A stretch of 64,000 nt of DNA from an uncultured delta proteobacterium (GTDB lineage: Bacteria; Myxococcota; Myxococcia; Myxococcales; Myxococcaceae). Both the position numbers and the translations under genes were made by a program. The notes under the pieces were generated by a model. It had not been told where the DNA came from. It did no database searches and saw nothing but the letters and a program-made list of their open reading frames with translations. Each line of letters starts with the position of its first letter. The stretch's first letter is position 1. This document shows, piece after piece, positions 1 to 13,527 of the stretch. The DNA lies in the NCBI GenBank assembly GCA_963713045.1, contig CAVQKE010000004.1, positions 960,001 to 1,024,000 of the forward strand. The letters run 5' to 3'.

Positions 1-1290
1 GGCCGCGACAACTTCGACCGTCTCCGTCACGTCGTAGACGTCTTGCGCAAAGACGCCGAACAGCTCTTGTTTGCCTCCGGTGTTCTGCTGCACGACGCTG
101 GTGGGCGTCACTTTGACTGGGTAGAGAGTCTCGTCGGCCTGTCCGCTGATCCAGCGGGCGTCGATGCCTGCCGTCACCGTGTGCTGCCCGGCAAGCGGCA
201 ACGAGCGACTCGTCCAGAGGAGGCCAACCCCGAAGTCATTCGTGGGCACCTGTTGGTGAGTGGAAAGCGACTCTTCTTCGCGACCTGCTGTCACGGAAGC
301 GCGGTTCTGCACAAATTCTCCGACGTGGCCGAAAATCGCGAGGTCCAACGTCCCCACGTCGCCCGGGGCATAGCGCGCGCTCGCCGAGTAGCTCCCCTGT
401 CTGACGACCGAGGTTGTGAACTCGGTTCCCCCGTTCTGATTCTCGTAAAAGTAGCCGCCTCGCAGGTTCAGGGCGAGCTCCTTCGTCGCCTGCACCACCA
501 CCCGCCCGTTGGCCACCGCGTGCTGCGTCGGGGTGGGAGTGTCAATCGGGCCCCGGTCGTATGGAGCGACCACGTAATAGCCCTCTGAGGTCAGGAAATC
601 GCCTTCGAGCGCGGCGCCGACGGGCCCATACCGGTCCGAGGCCCAGACGCTCAGCCGGCCGGTGTTCTCCGACCCATAGTCGGCGACCGCGTCGAGCGTT
701 TGCGGTGTGATGGGACGTGAGATGACCTGGAGGACGCCGCCCAATGCATAGTTCCCGTAGAGGGCAGAGCCGCCTCCCGGAACGACCTCAATTCGTGCGA
801 TGCCGAGCGGCGGGATGGACCGCCAGTAAACCCAGTCACCAAAAGCGTCATTGGCCGGAACCCCGTCAACCAGGACCAGGCTTCGCGAAATTGCCGACGG
901 CCCGACTCCGCGAAGACTGACTCCCTCGGACGTGGGGTCGGAGCCGATGCTGCTCGACCTCCGAAAGGTGTCGAATGTCGGGACTGCTTGCAGGAGCTGG
1001 TCCACCGTCTCGCTGGCGCTCCGGTCGATGGTGGCGCTGTTCACCACTGTCACATCCGCCGGGACGTCACGGAGCTTTTCAGGGCTGCGCGTCGCTGTGA
1101 CGACGGTCTCTTCCCCCCAGAGCGTGGGGCCGCCGTCGGCGGACGTCGAGGACGCACTGACGGGCTTCGATTGAACCGCCAGTGGCTGGCCCGCGTCCTG
1201 TGCCTCGCTGACCTCAGTGGCCCTCGCCTGGGTCGAGATGAGGACCGTGAAAATGAGGAGTAGCCGCCTCCCACGGCCGTTGTCACTCAT
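1..1290 (-). CDS. TonB-dependent outer-membrane receptor (N-terminal part; runs off the window edge)
   Basis: Read manually, not in the ORF track because it has no stop in the window. ATG at 1290 after GGAGAG; signal-like N-terminus; TonB-box-like ETVVTATR; plug motifs VSLRGVGPSAISRSLVLVDGVP and RIEVVPGGGSALYGNYALGGVLQVIS; barrel-like strands follow. Confidence 0.9.
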   Translation of the reverse strand, partial: MSDNGRGRRLLLIFTVLISTQARATEVSEAQDAGQPLAVQSKPVSASSTSADGGPTLWGEETVVTATRSPEKLRDVPADVTVVNSATIDRSASETVDQLLQAVPTFDTFRRSSSIGSDPTSEGVSLRGVGPSAISRSLVLVDGVPANDAFGDWVYWRSIPPLGIARIEVVPGGGSALYGNYALGGVLQVISRPITPQTLDAVADYGSENTGRLSVWASDRYGPVGAALEGDFLTSEGYYVVAPYDRGPIDTPTPTQHAVANGRVVVQATKELALNLRGGYFYENQNGGTEFTTSVVRQGSYSASARYAPGDVGTLDLAIFGHVGEFVQNRASVTAGREEESLSTHQQVPTNDFGVGLLWTSRSLPLAGQHTVTAGIDARWISGQADETLYPVKVTPTSVVQQNTGGKQELFGVFAQDVYDVTETVEVVAA

Positions 1291-1424
1291 GCAGCTGCTC
1301 TCCAAGGTGCATCCCGGATGCTTCGAGGGCCAACCGACGACGCGTCAGTCCAGTTCATCCAGGGGAGCCCGCGCCAGGCGCATTTTTGAGGACGCCTTGA
1401 ACGCGCCCAGCGCGAAACGCGGCT

Positions 1425-3041
1425 TCACTGCACCCGGAAGGCGTACACCGTACCGTTGGCCGGGACGTAAATGCTGCCCCTGGCGACGAGGGGCGCCACC
1501 CAGTGGATGACGCCGGGCATTGCTGTCGAGATGACGATGGTCGCCCCCGTTTCCCCGTCCACGCCGTGGAGCTTGCCGTCCCCACCCCCGGAGGCGCCCA
1601 GCCCCCAGACGACGGCGTCGCTGGTGCCGTCACTTGTCGTCACGACGGGGGAGCCGCCGTTGTCCGCGCCTCCCACGCCTTGACTGACGCAAAACGCCTG
1701 CGACACGGAAGGGGGGCTGTCTGCGCTTACCTTCAGAACACCCAAGGTGTCACCGTTACCGTCGCAGGGCGCGTTGTAGACGACGTACCGTCCGGACGTC
1801 GTCTCGTAAGTGGCCATTCCGCCGCTGGCGTCGTCGGATGCGACGTTGGCGAGGTGCGCGAGCGGCGGGTTTGGGGTGTAGAAGCCGCCGAGGTTGGCGC
1901 GGTCGATGAGCCAGGCGTCGTGCGACTTGCCGATGCACAGCGCGAGGTGTCCAGAGCCGGCGCCTTCCAACTCGAAGAGGACGGTGCCGTTGCTTCCGAA
2001 GTCTGCGTCGTCCTGCGACAGCGTTGGCCAGTTGTTGAAGGCAAAGTAGTCGGCCGGCTGCCCGCTGAACGTCAGCGCAGCGGAGTCAAGGCGTAAGAGG
2101 GCGTCGGAGTTGCCAGCGTCCCAGGTGTCTTGCGGGCCCTCACCGTTGCCGGTCACGACAAAGAGGGATGCACCGTCGGTGGCGATGCCGTTGGGAGCCC
2201 AGATGGCAGCGCCCCGGCCGGGCGGCTGGTAATAAAACAGGCCCGCCGGCGCCGTCGACAAAGGAACGGCCATGACAAAGCCCCAATTGTTGCCGCAGTC
2301 GCCGAAATAGCCGCCGAAGGGGATGTAGACGACGTCATTGAGGAGCAGGAGCCCGGCACGCTGCCCTTGGAACACCGCGCTGAACTGCGGGACGGTGTTG
2401 TCGACGTCGACCTGCCACTGCGTTGCTCCGGTGTCGATGGAGAGCCCGAAAATGATGTGGTGTGGCGTCGTGGAGTTGGCGGGCACGTCCAGCGTCCCGA
2501 CCACCACCAGCTCGCGGCGAGCGACGTCCAAAACGGGGGTGCTGGTGATGCCGAGGGGGCTAATGTTCCCACAGCCGAACTGGCTTCCGGGAACGCCGGC
2601 GCCGAGTGCGGCGGTCCACAGGACCGCGCCGGCCGCCGCGTCAATGGCGTAGACGTTGTTCTCTTCCGTCGCGACGAAGAGGACGTCCTTGCCGTTGAGT
2701 CCGTTTTCAAGGAAGAGGGGGGAGGCATAGACTTTCCCCGTAATCTTCGGTGCGAAGGCGGAGTCGGCCGTCAGGCCGCCCGCCGTTTGGATGGCCGCAA
2801 GCTTGGCCTTGGTGAAGGCCGCGTCGACGTAGAGCGAGTCGCGGCTGCCGTTGACACCGAAGGTGGCGATGGCCAGCGCCGCGCCACCGTCGGGTAGCAT
2901 TCCCGCGTCCGGCGTGCCGGCGCCGGAGCTTCCCCCCGCGTCTGGGGTCGCACCGGTGGCTAAGGTCCCCACCGTTCCCGGACAACCGGCGACGCCAAGC
3001 GCGAACAAACCTAAGACCGAAGCGCGCCTCAGGTGGCACAT
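1425..3041 (-). CDS. Lipoprotein with PQQ-like beta-propeller repeats
   Basis: Likely start MCHLRRASVLGLFALGVAGC (lipobox); propeller blades such as VYASPLF, VYAIDAAAGAVLW and LHGVDGETG. The first ~220 aa of the 761-aa ORF look spurious. Confidence 0.75.
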   Translation of the reverse strand: MCHLRRASVLGLFALGVAGCPGTVGTLATGATPDAGGSSGAGTPDAGMLPDGGAALAIATFGVNGSRDSLYVDAAFTKAKLAAIQTAGGLTADSAFAPKITGKVYASPLFLENGLNGKDVLFVATEENNVYAIDAAAGAVLWTAALGAGVPGSQFGCGNISPLGITSTPVLDVARRELVVVGTLDVPANSTTPHHIIFGLSIDTGATQWQVDVDNTVPQFSAVFQGQRAGLLLLNDVVYIPFGGYFGDCGNNWGFVMAVPLSTAPAGLFYYQPPGRGAAIWAPNGIATDGASLFVVTGNGEGPQDTWDAGNSDALLRLDSAALTFSGQPADYFAFNNWPTLSQDDADFGSNGTVLFELEGAGSGHLALCIGKSHDAWLIDRANLGGFYTPNPPLAHLANVASDDASGGMATYETTSGRYVVYNAPCDGNGDTLGVLKVSADSPPSVSQAFCVSQGVGGADNGGSPVVTTSDGTSDAVVWGLGASGGGDGKLHGVDGETGATIVISTAMPGVIHWVAPLVARGSIYVPANGTVYAFRVQ

Positions 3042-3396
3042 TGGCCAGCAGCTTAGGCTGGAGTCCGACGGCCGGACAGTCCGACTGCCGACGGGTCGCT
3101 GGGGGCCGCAGTCTTGCTCCGGCGGTGGTGCAGAATTCTGGCCTCGCGTCGGGCAGTGCGACAAAACCCAGCACGGACCACATGGGCACTGGCTGGGCGG
3201 CAGAGCAACATAAAGCCGCGGTTGTGAAACTGGGCCATCCACGCCGACCCGCTGGTCGTGAGTTACTCGCGCTGTCGATGGCTCGCTCGCCCCATTGGGG
3301 ATTGTGCGCCCGGCTCGCTCAGGAGCTGCGTTCGTTTTTCGCCCAGTGGCATTGCACGATGGACGGATCATCGGACTGCGGGGACCACTCGCTTGC

Positions 3397-3875
3397 GTGA
3401 CTCTGCCGATTCCCGCATCGACCGTCGTTGTCCTGCTTTCGCTGACGACTGGACTTGCAAAGGCACAGCAGTCCCCCGTCCAGAGTTTGCCTGGAACTAG
3501 CTCCCTTCCGCCCGAGTCGTTCCCACCGTCGGCATCATTGGCTTCGAGGACGGTGGAGATCGAAGGCCGAGTCGTCGGCCCGGAGGGCGAAGCGATCGGC
3601 GAGGCGCGACTGACGATTGCCGACGCCAAGGGGATGGCGGTGGCGACGCCCGTCACCGACCAGGCCGGACGTTTTCGAGCGCCCGACCTGACGCCCGGCC
3701 GGTACACCATGGAGGTGAAGGCGGTGGGTTATGTGCCACGCAGTTGGCGCTGGAGGTCGAGGAATCGATTCACGACCTCAGGGTCACTCTGAGGATCGTC
3801 GGTGCGAACGCATGTCGAACTATGTATTGCTCAGCAGCTGCTCGGATGGTGGAAGCTGATAACCCGGGTGGCTAG
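3397..3875 (+). pseudogene. Remnant of an exported protein with a carboxypeptidase-regulatory-like (CarboxypepD_reg) domain
   Basis: Signal-like segment, then IEGRVVGPEGEAIGEARLTI...TDQAGRFRAPDLTPGRYTMEVKAVGY. The domain end LALEVEESIHDLRVTL appears in another frame near 3744, and no receptor or catalytic body follows. Confidence 0.55.
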
Positions 3876-4080
3876 CGCGCCGGCCGCTGCACGTTCCAAC
3901 GGAAGACCCGACGGGCGCACCCTCCGGGCCGCCCACATCGGCCGCCCGGCCGCAATTTCAGGAGCCGCAGTGTCGGCCGCCGCGGGTTGGCGTGCGCCCA
4001 TCTAGTCTTGAACCGGGATGTATCCTCAGCGAGGCTGACATTTGCGTCCCTAATTTCTGGGCGCGCGTCAGGAGATACCT

Positions 4081-4776
4081 GTGGTCGCCATCCTCGGGGG
4101 ATTGCTGCTTGGTGTCTTGCTCGGGTTACGCCACGCCTTCGAGCCGGACCACCTTGCCGCCGTCTCTACGTTGGTCGCTGACCGCCAGAGTCCTCGCGCT
4201 GGGCTCTTCGTCGGTGCGGTGTGGGGGCTGGGGCACACCCTGGGGCTCCTCGGTGTGGGCGGCGCCCTCGCAGTCCTGGAGAAAACTCTACCGCCATCGG
4301 TTGAAGAGGCTTTCGAGTGCGTCGTCGCCGGGATGTTGGTTCTCCTCGGACTCCGTGGCCTCGTCCGTGCAGCCTCCGCAGGCTCTTTGGGGCCCAGCGA
4401 TGTGCACAGCCACGGCGAAACACGCCATGTTCATCCAGCTTCGCCGGACGGCCATCTGCATCTCAGTCGTTGGACGTTTGCCCCGCGACCCCTCGCCATC
4501 GGAATAGTCCACGGACTCGCCGGAAGCGGTGCGCTAACTGCACTTGTGTTGGCACGGATGCCGACGCTTGCCGCACGGTTGGCGTACATCGGGCTCTTCG
4601 GCATCGGCTCAGTGATCGGAATGGGGCTGCTTACCGGGCTGGCGGGGGCTTCGCTCCGCCGCCTCAAGACAGGTGCTCCCTGGAATGCCTTACTCCTGGG
4701 TAGCACCGGTGCGCTCTCGTTGGTGCTCGGCTGCTGGTGGGGCTGGAAGTCGGTACAGGCCCTGCTTTCCGCCTAG
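4081..4776 (+). CDS. UreH/NiCoT-type nickel/cobalt transporter or urease-accessory membrane protein
   Basis: GLRHAFEPDHLAAV signature, WGLGH, His-rich loop HSHGETRHVH, GIVHGLAGS, several TM helices; GGAG RBS at 4071. Confidence 0.85.
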   Translation: MVAILGGLLLGVLLGLRHAFEPDHLAAVSTLVADRQSPRAGLFVGAVWGLGHTLGLLGVGGALAVLEKTLPPSVEEAFECVVAGMLVLLGLRGLVRAASAGSLGPSDVHSHGETRHVHPASPDGHLHLSRWTFAPRPLAIGIVHGLAGSGALTALVLARMPTLAARLAYIGLFGIGSVIGMGLLTGLAGASLRRLKTGAPWNALLLGSTGALSLVLGCWWGWKSVQALLSA

Positions 4777-4845
4777 TGTATTCGAGCGCTCGGCAGCACC
4801 AGCTTTCCCCCGATTTTCTAGAAGGAGAAGAAGGCGGAGAAAGCT

Positions 4846-4876
4846 TTGGCAACCCAGTGAGCCGATTGGTTGCCAA
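4846..4876. repeat. Perfect 9-bp inverted repeat TTGGCAACC-N13-GGTTGCCAA
   Basis: Arms at 4846-4854 and 4868-4876, between the NiCoT gene and tRNA-Cys. Confidence 0.8.
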
Positions 4877-4943
4877 GCTGGTTGTTCTGAGCCTGTACTT
4901 ACTTGTGCTGACAGCAGTAAAGGCTAGTAGTTTCGCGGTCTCG

Positions 4944-5015
4944 GGCGCCATCGCCAAGTGGTAAGGCAAGGGTCTGCAAAACCCTCATTCCCCGGTTCGA
5001 ATCCGGGTGGCGCCT
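4944..5015 (+). tRNA. tRNA-Cys (GCA)
   Basis: Acceptor stem GGCGCCA/TGGCGCC, D-arm GCCAAGTGGTAAGGC, anticodon arm AGGGT-CTGCAAA-ACCCT, T-arm CCCGG-TTCGAAT-CCGGG, U discriminator; CCA not encoded. Confidence 0.97.
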
Positions 5016-5054
5016 CTCGTCCCCTCGTCCTGGCCCGGAGGCCAGCTGCCTAAA

Positions 5055-6761
5055 GTGCCCGGGCTTCTTTCACGCACACCGCTGCTGGGCCCGTGGATGC
5101 TTGCCCTCACGCTGCTCAGCCCTACACGCTCCGGCGCCGATGCCGATGCCGGGTCGACGCCGAACGCGACTTTACCGGCCGCGGCGACGCCCACTCTGGA
5201 GGCGCCGGCTGGCGCCTGGAAACGGGTGGATGTGCGGGCTGGCGAGCCGACGTTGCCCATCCGCCTGATGGAGGGCCAGCGGCAGGTGGATTTCGTCCCG
5301 CGTGGGCGCGTGCGCCTGGTGCTGCCTGGGCCGATAGAGACGACGGGCGAGGCGCCGGGCGGCGAGCTGCTTCGCGTCCGACTGGTTTCCGGCACGCCTG
5401 CGACGCTCAGCTTTCATCTCGAGCTTGCACAGCTGGCCTTCGCGGACAAGGCAGGCCTACAGGCTGAGCTGGACGCTTGGGCCAAGCGAGGCGTCCCGGT
5501 GCGAGTGCAGACGCTGGGCCAAGTCTATGGAATAGCCGGTAAGGTCATCGACAACCGGCGCTACTCCGTCCTCTCGGACGAGGGCATGTCGGAGGCGCAG
5601 GCCCGCACACGGCTTGCCGAAATTCTGCGTCAATGGGGCGTGCGCGCCAACCTCACCGAGGAAGTCCTCGTCCCAGCGCACGCCGTCTTGGAGGTGCACC
5701 AAGCCGACGGGACCCTCCTCGGGCGCGCGGTGGACAGGCTTCACGCTGAAACGCTGGACAACAGCGGCTTTGAAGTCCGCCGGGTGGAGCACGACGTCGG
5801 CTACCGCGCCCATGGGCTGGAGGACCGTAACTACCGAGGCGCCCTGGTGTTTACCGTGGACACGCGGGGCATGTTGGCGGTGGTGAACGAAGTGGCGCTG
5901 GAGGACCTTTTGAAAGGCCTGGTGCCTTCGGAGACGTTTGCCGCGGCGCCAATGGAGGCACTCAAAGCGCAGGCCGTCACCGCACGGGGCGAGGTGTTGG
6001 CCAAAGTGGGGACCCGGCACCTCTCGGACCCCTACCTGCTGTGCTCGGAACAACACTGCGCCGTCTACCGCGGCCGAAGCGGCGAGGCGCCGTCCACCAA
6101 TGCAGCGGTGGAGGCCACCCGCGGCCAAGCCCTCTTCAGCCCTCAGGGACGACTGGTGGACAGCGTCTACAGCGCGGTGTGCGGCGGCCACACCGAAGAC
6201 AACGAAGCGGTGTGGGGCGGGGTGCCAGACCCGAGCTTGCGCGGGCGGCCGGACTTGCTCGAGGCAGTGCCGGACTTGCCCTCGCCGCGCACCGACACCG
6301 CCGCCTTCCTCCGCGCCGAGCTTCCGGCGGCCTGCCGAAAAAGCCGCTTCGGGCAAGCCGGCCGCTACCGCTGGGAGCGGCGCTTCTCCGCTGCAGAATT
6401 GGACGCCCTGCTGGCACCGCTTGGCCTCGGCCCCATCCGGGCGCTCCGGGTGGTGGAGCGCGGCGTCTCGGGCCGGGCCTTGTTGCTCGCCATTTCCGGC
6501 GACCGCGGCGCCACGGAGCTGCGGGGCGAACTCACCATTCGACGCACCTTCGCCATGCTGAATAGCTCTCTCTTCGTCGTCTCCACTGAGCGCGATGCGG
6601 AGGGAAGCCCCACCGCTTGGGTGTTTCGCGGCGGCGGCTGGGGCCACGGCGTCGGCATGTGTCAAACCGGCGCCATCGGCCGCGCGGACGCGGGGGAGGA
6701 CTACCGCGCCATTCTCCGCTACTACTTCAACGGTGCCGAAGTCGCGAAAATCTACGAATAA
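5055..6761 (+). CDS. SpoIID/LytB-domain peptidoglycan lytic transglycosylase
   Basis: EDLLKGLVPSE...EALKAQAVTAR, YSAVCGGHTE and GGGWGHGVGMCQTGA motifs. The start is uncertain because the 5007 start overlaps the tRNA. Confidence 0.9.
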   Translation: MPGLLSRTPLLGPWMLALTLLSPTRSGADADAGSTPNATLPAAATPTLEAPAGAWKRVDVRAGEPTLPIRLMEGQRQVDFVPRGRVRLVLPGPIETTGEAPGGELLRVRLVSGTPATLSFHLELAQLAFADKAGLQAELDAWAKRGVPVRVQTLGQVYGIAGKVIDNRRYSVLSDEGMSEAQARTRLAEILRQWGVRANLTEEVLVPAHAVLEVHQADGTLLGRAVDRLHAETLDNSGFEVRRVEHDVGYRAHGLEDRNYRGALVFTVDTRGMLAVVNEVALEDLLKGLVPSETFAAAPMEALKAQAVTARGEVLAKVGTRHLSDPYLLCSEQHCAVYRGRSGEAPSTNAAVEATRGQALFSPQGRLVDSVYSAVCGGHTEDNEAVWGGVPDPSLRGRPDLLEAVPDLPSPRTDTAAFLRAELPAACRKSRFGQAGRYRWERRFSAAELDALLAPLGLGPIRALRVVERGVSGRALLLAISGDRGATELRGELTIRRTFAMLNSSLFVVSTERDAEGSPTAWVFRGGGWGHGVGMCQTGAIGRADAGEDYRAILRYYFNGAEVAKIYE

Positions 6762-6872
6762 ATGCAAGCTCTTGGCCGGGCTGGACGCCGGATGGCCCTC
6801 GGCGTTATGCGGCGTGCTCGGGTGGGGCCTCTGTAGCCACACACGCCCCAACATTAGAGTGTGCCTTTCACC

Positions 6873-8080
6873 ATGAAGAGTGTGGCTCCCCCCTACAACC
6901 GGCGAAGACGCGACGACCCGCGCCGAACGCTGGTGGCCTTTGCGGCGGCGGTGCTGTTGCACTTGCTGGTGGTGGGGTTGGTCCTCCTGCTCGACTTGGT
7001 CCATTTCCCGTGGATGGACCGTCCCCCGCCGCAGCAGGTGGAGTTGCGGCCACTGTCCCCGGAGCAGTGGGCGCGCAACCGCGGGGCATTGGCTCAGGAG
7101 ACTGGGCAGACGCGGCCTCCGGCGGCCCCCCGTCCGCCCGAGGAGAAGAAGGAGCAACCGCACGGGCAGGTGGTGGCCGTGGCGCCCGGCAACGAGCAGA
7201 AGCCGGAGGACAGCAAGTACTTGGCGGAGAAAAACAACCGCGTGGACAAGGAAACCAAGTCCCGCGTGCAGACGCCCTTCTACCGCAACGCCATGCCGCG
7301 GCAGACGGCCGAAAACCAGCGGGTGGACCTCGGGCATGACGCGGCCGCGCAAGCCCAGCTGTCGGGCAACAACGGCGCCGGACAGGATGACCGGCCGCGC
7401 GCCCAAGCGCAGAAAAAAGGCGTGATGGAGATACCGAAGACGACGGCCAGTGAGCGCATCGCGCTCAAGGCGCCCGAGACGCTGGGGCCGGGGGCGCAGG
7501 TCGCCAACCGCTCCGAGAGCGCCGAGGTGCAGGGCAACTCCAACCGCCTGAAAGTCTCCCCGGGCGAGGCCGGCGGCACCGGCGAGGACGCCTCCGACGG
7601 CAAGAAAGGACAAGTCGGAATCCTCAACCTGATGCCCAGTGCGGCAGCGCTCGACAAGATTATTGGCGCCGCCCCCAATGACCACCTCGACGCCGAGGAA
7701 GGAGACTCCACCTTCCTCAACACGCGGGAATTCAAATTCGCCACCTTCTTCAACCGCGTCAAGCAGGCCGTGGGGACGCACTGGAACCCCAACGAGCCGC
7801 TCCGCCAGCGCGACCCCACCGGCAACATCTATGGGGGCCGGGACCGCTACACCCTGCTCAGCATCACCCTGGACGCCCAAGGGGCGCTGCGCGAGGTGCA
7901 CGTGGAGAAGTCCTGCGGCATCGACTTCCTCGACGAGGCGGCCATTGCCGCCTTCCAACAGAGTCAGCCCTTCCCCAACCCTCCGGCGGGACTGGTGGAC
8001 AAGGACAACGCCATCCGCTTCCAGTTCGGCTTCTTCCTGGAATTCGGCGGCGGCCCGAGGATGCGCCTCTTCCGCAACAA

Positions 8081-8084
<4 letters not shown>
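6873..8084 (+). CDS. TonB/TolA-family energy transducer (TonB C-terminal domain)
   Basis: Single TM helix with LLH, Pro/charged linker, C-terminal [41 protein letters not shown]. Confidence 0.85.
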
Positions 8085-10966
<2,882 letters not shown>

Positions 10967-11076
10967 CTAACAGTCCAGCCCGACGGTGCCCAGCCCCCAG
11001 CCGGCCGCTCCGGCCAAGTCTTCTCGCTCGCATGAGGTGGCCTCGGCCCTCAAGCGTGAAGAAGCAAGAAGGAGCG

Positions 11077-11469
11077 TCAGGCCGGACTGGAAGCGAGCAG
11101 CGTGTTGTAGGCGTCGGCGTCCATCAACGCGTCGAGGGCCGAAGGGTTGGAAGGCTCGACTTCGCAAATCCAGCCCTTGCCGTAGGGGTCCTGGTTGATG
11201 AGGGCGGGTTCGGCAGAGAGCGTTTCGTTGACGCTCACCACCTTGCCGTCCACTGGCGAGAAGAGCTCGCTGACGGCCTTGGTGGACTCAACCGTCCCGA
11301 AGCTGGAGCCAGCGACCAGCGACGCGCCCACCTTGGGCAAGTCGACGTACACCACGTCGCCGAGTGCCTCCTGGGCGTGGTCGGTTACGCCCACCACCAC
11401 CGTCTTTCCGGTCCGGCGGGCCCACTCGTGCTCTTTGGTGTAGCGGAGGTCCTTCGGGTTGTCGGCCAT
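11077..11469 (-). CDS. gcvH: Glycine cleavage system H protein
   Basis: YTKEHEW, lipoyl-lysine motif VESTKAVSE, INQDPYGKGWI. Confidence 0.97.
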   Translation of the reverse strand: MADNPKDLRYTKEHEWARRTGKTVVVGVTDHAQEALGDVVYVDLPKVGASLVAGSSFGTVESTKAVSELFSPVDGKVVSVNETLSAEPALINQDPYGKGWICEVEPSNPSALDALMDADAYNTLLASSPA

Positions 11470-11476
11470 GTGTCGG

Positions 11477-12559
11477 TCAGCTCCTGCGCCAAAACGGCGT
11501 CTTCACCACCTCGGCCTTCACCGGGCGGCCGCGAATTTCCACCTCCACCTGCGCCCCTTCACGGGCCAGGGCGAGGGGAAGGTAACCCATGCCAATGGCC
11601 TTCTTCACGCTCGGCCCCATGGTGCCGGAGGTCACCACGCCCACCGGCGAGCCCCCCTGCGACAGCGGATAGCCATGCCGGGGAATGCCCGGCTCACGCA
11701 TCTCAAAGCCGACCAGTTTCCTCGGCACACCAGCCTGTTTCTGGCGCTCCAGGGCCGAGCGCCCGAGGAAGTCCCCCTTGTCCCACTTCACAATCCACCC
11801 CAGGCCCGCCTCCAGGGGTGTGTGCACCTCATCAATGTCATTGCCGTAGAGGGCGTACTTCATTTCGGTGCGCAGGGTGTCGCGCGCCCCTAGGCCTGCC
11901 GGACGCAGGCCCTGCTTCGCCCCAGCCTCGAGAAGCGCGTTCCACAGCGTCACCGCGCGCCCCGGCGCGCAATACAACTCAAAGCCGTCCTCGCCAGTGT
12001 ACCCAGTGCGGGACACGACGCAGTCGACGCCGGCCACCGTGCCCTCGGCGAAGTGGTACGTCGCGATGGCCTCCAGCCGAAGCGGCGTCAGTCGCTGCAG
12101 AATGGCCGCGGCCTTCGGGCCCTGCAGGGCCAGCTGCGCGTAGTCATCGCCGCGGTCGACGGGTTTGAGGGCGCCGGCGTGTTCCGCCATCCACGCAAAG
12201 TCCTTCGCCCGGTTGCTGGCGTTGACACAGATGAGAATGCGTTCAGGCGAAAAACGGTAGGCCACCACATCGTCGACGAAGCCGCCGGCCGGGTTGAGCA
12301 GACCCGAATAGACGGCCTGGCCGTTGGCGACCCGGGCCAAGTCGTTGCTGAGCAGGCCGTTGGCTGCAGCCAGCGCCCCGGGGCCTCGAAACTCCACCTC
12401 CCCCATGTGCGACACGTCGAAGAGGCCGGCTGCGGTGCGGACCGCCTCGTGCTCGGCAATGATGGAAGTGTACTGGACCGGCATCTCCCAGCCTGCGAAG
12501 TCCACCAGTCGAGCACCCAGGGCGCGGTGAGCCTCGTAGAGCGGCGTCTGGCGTGCCAT
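11477..12559 (-). CDS. gcvT: Aminomethyltransferase, glycine cleavage T protein
   Basis: [40 protein letters not shown]. Confidence 0.97.
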   Translation of the reverse strand: MARQTPLYEAHRALGARLVDFAGWEMPVQYTSIIAEHEAVRTAAGLFDVSHMGEVEFRGPGALAAANGLLSNDLARVANGQAVYSGLLNPAGGFVDDVVAYRFSPERILICVNASNRAKDFAWMAEHAGALKPVDRGDDYAQLALQGPKAAAILQRLTPLRLEAIATYHFAEGTVAGVDCVVSRTGYTGEDGFELYCAPGRAVTLWNALLEAGAKQGLRPAGLGARDTLRTEMKYALYGNDIDEVHTPLEAGLGWIVKWDKGDFLGRSALERQKQAGVPRKLVGFEMREPGIPRHGYPLSQGGSPVGVVTSGTMGPSVKKAIGMGYLPLALAREGAQVEVEIRGRPVKAEVVKTPFWRRS

Positions 12560-12637
12560 CGGGGCCAAGCAACATTCCAGAGCGGACCCTGGGATTCAAG
12601 GGCGTAGACTGCTTCTCCGGTAGCGTCCAGGCCGCAC

Positions 12638-13509
12638 ATGAAAATCCGAAACCGTCTCAACCCGTCTGACCCCTGCTTCTCCTTCGAGTTCTTCCCGCCG
12701 AAGACGGAGGAAGGACTGAAGAACCTCCTCCACACGCTCGACGACTTGGCGCCACTGCTTCCGGGCTTCGTCTCCGTCACGTACGGCGCCGGGGGAAGCA
12801 CTCGCACCCAGACGGTGGACTTGGTGAAGGCCATTCGCGCCCGCGGCATCGAAGCCATGGCGCACGTCACCTGTGTGGGGCATCCCCGCTCGGAGCTGGC
12901 GATTTTGTTGGACCAGCTGGCGTCCCATGGCGTGGAAAACGTCCTCGCGCTGCGCGGGGACCCGCCGCCGGAGACCGCACCTTCGTCCCGGTGCCGGACG
13001 GGTTCAGCTACGCCTCGGAGTTGGTGGGTTTCATCCGGGAGCATGACTTCGCCTTCTGCCTGGGGGGCGCCTGCTACCCAGAGGGCCACGTGGAGACAGT
13101 GTCCCGCGAGGACGACCTCCGCCACTTGAAGAAGAAGGTGGACGCGGGCCTCGACTTCCTGATTACCCAGCTCTTCTTCGACAACGCCTTCTATTTTGAC
13201 TTCGTCGAGCGCGCCCGGCGGCTGGGCGTCAACGTGCCCATTGTGCCGGGCATCATGCCCATCACCAACTTCGAGCAGGTGGAGCGCTTCACGCGAATGT
13301 GCGGGGCCACGGTGCCCATGCGCTTGCAACTCGCCCTGGAACGGGTGCGCCACGACGCGCAGGCCGTCATCCAACTGGGCGTGGCCCACGCCGTGCTCCA
13401 GTGCACGGAATTACTCCGGCGTGGCGTTCCAGGCATCCATTTTTACACGCTGAACCGCAGCCCGGCCTCCCGGATGATTGTCAGCGCGCTGCGTGCGCAG
13501 GACGGCTGA
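12638..13509 (+). CDS. metF: 5,10-methylenetetrahydrofolate reductase, split by a 1-nt frameshift near 12965
   Basis: SFEFFPPKT, VSVTYGAGG and LALRGDPP in ORF 12638..13129; YPEGH, ITQLFFD and IHFYTLN in ORF 12991..13509. Confidence 0.9.
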
Positions 13510-13527
13510 GCGGCCCACGCCAGGGCA

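Noticed and set aside
12560..12637. Glycine or SAM riboswitch upstream of gcvT/metF
   Set aside because: The divergent spacer is only about 80 bp and lacks the conserved aptamer motifs.
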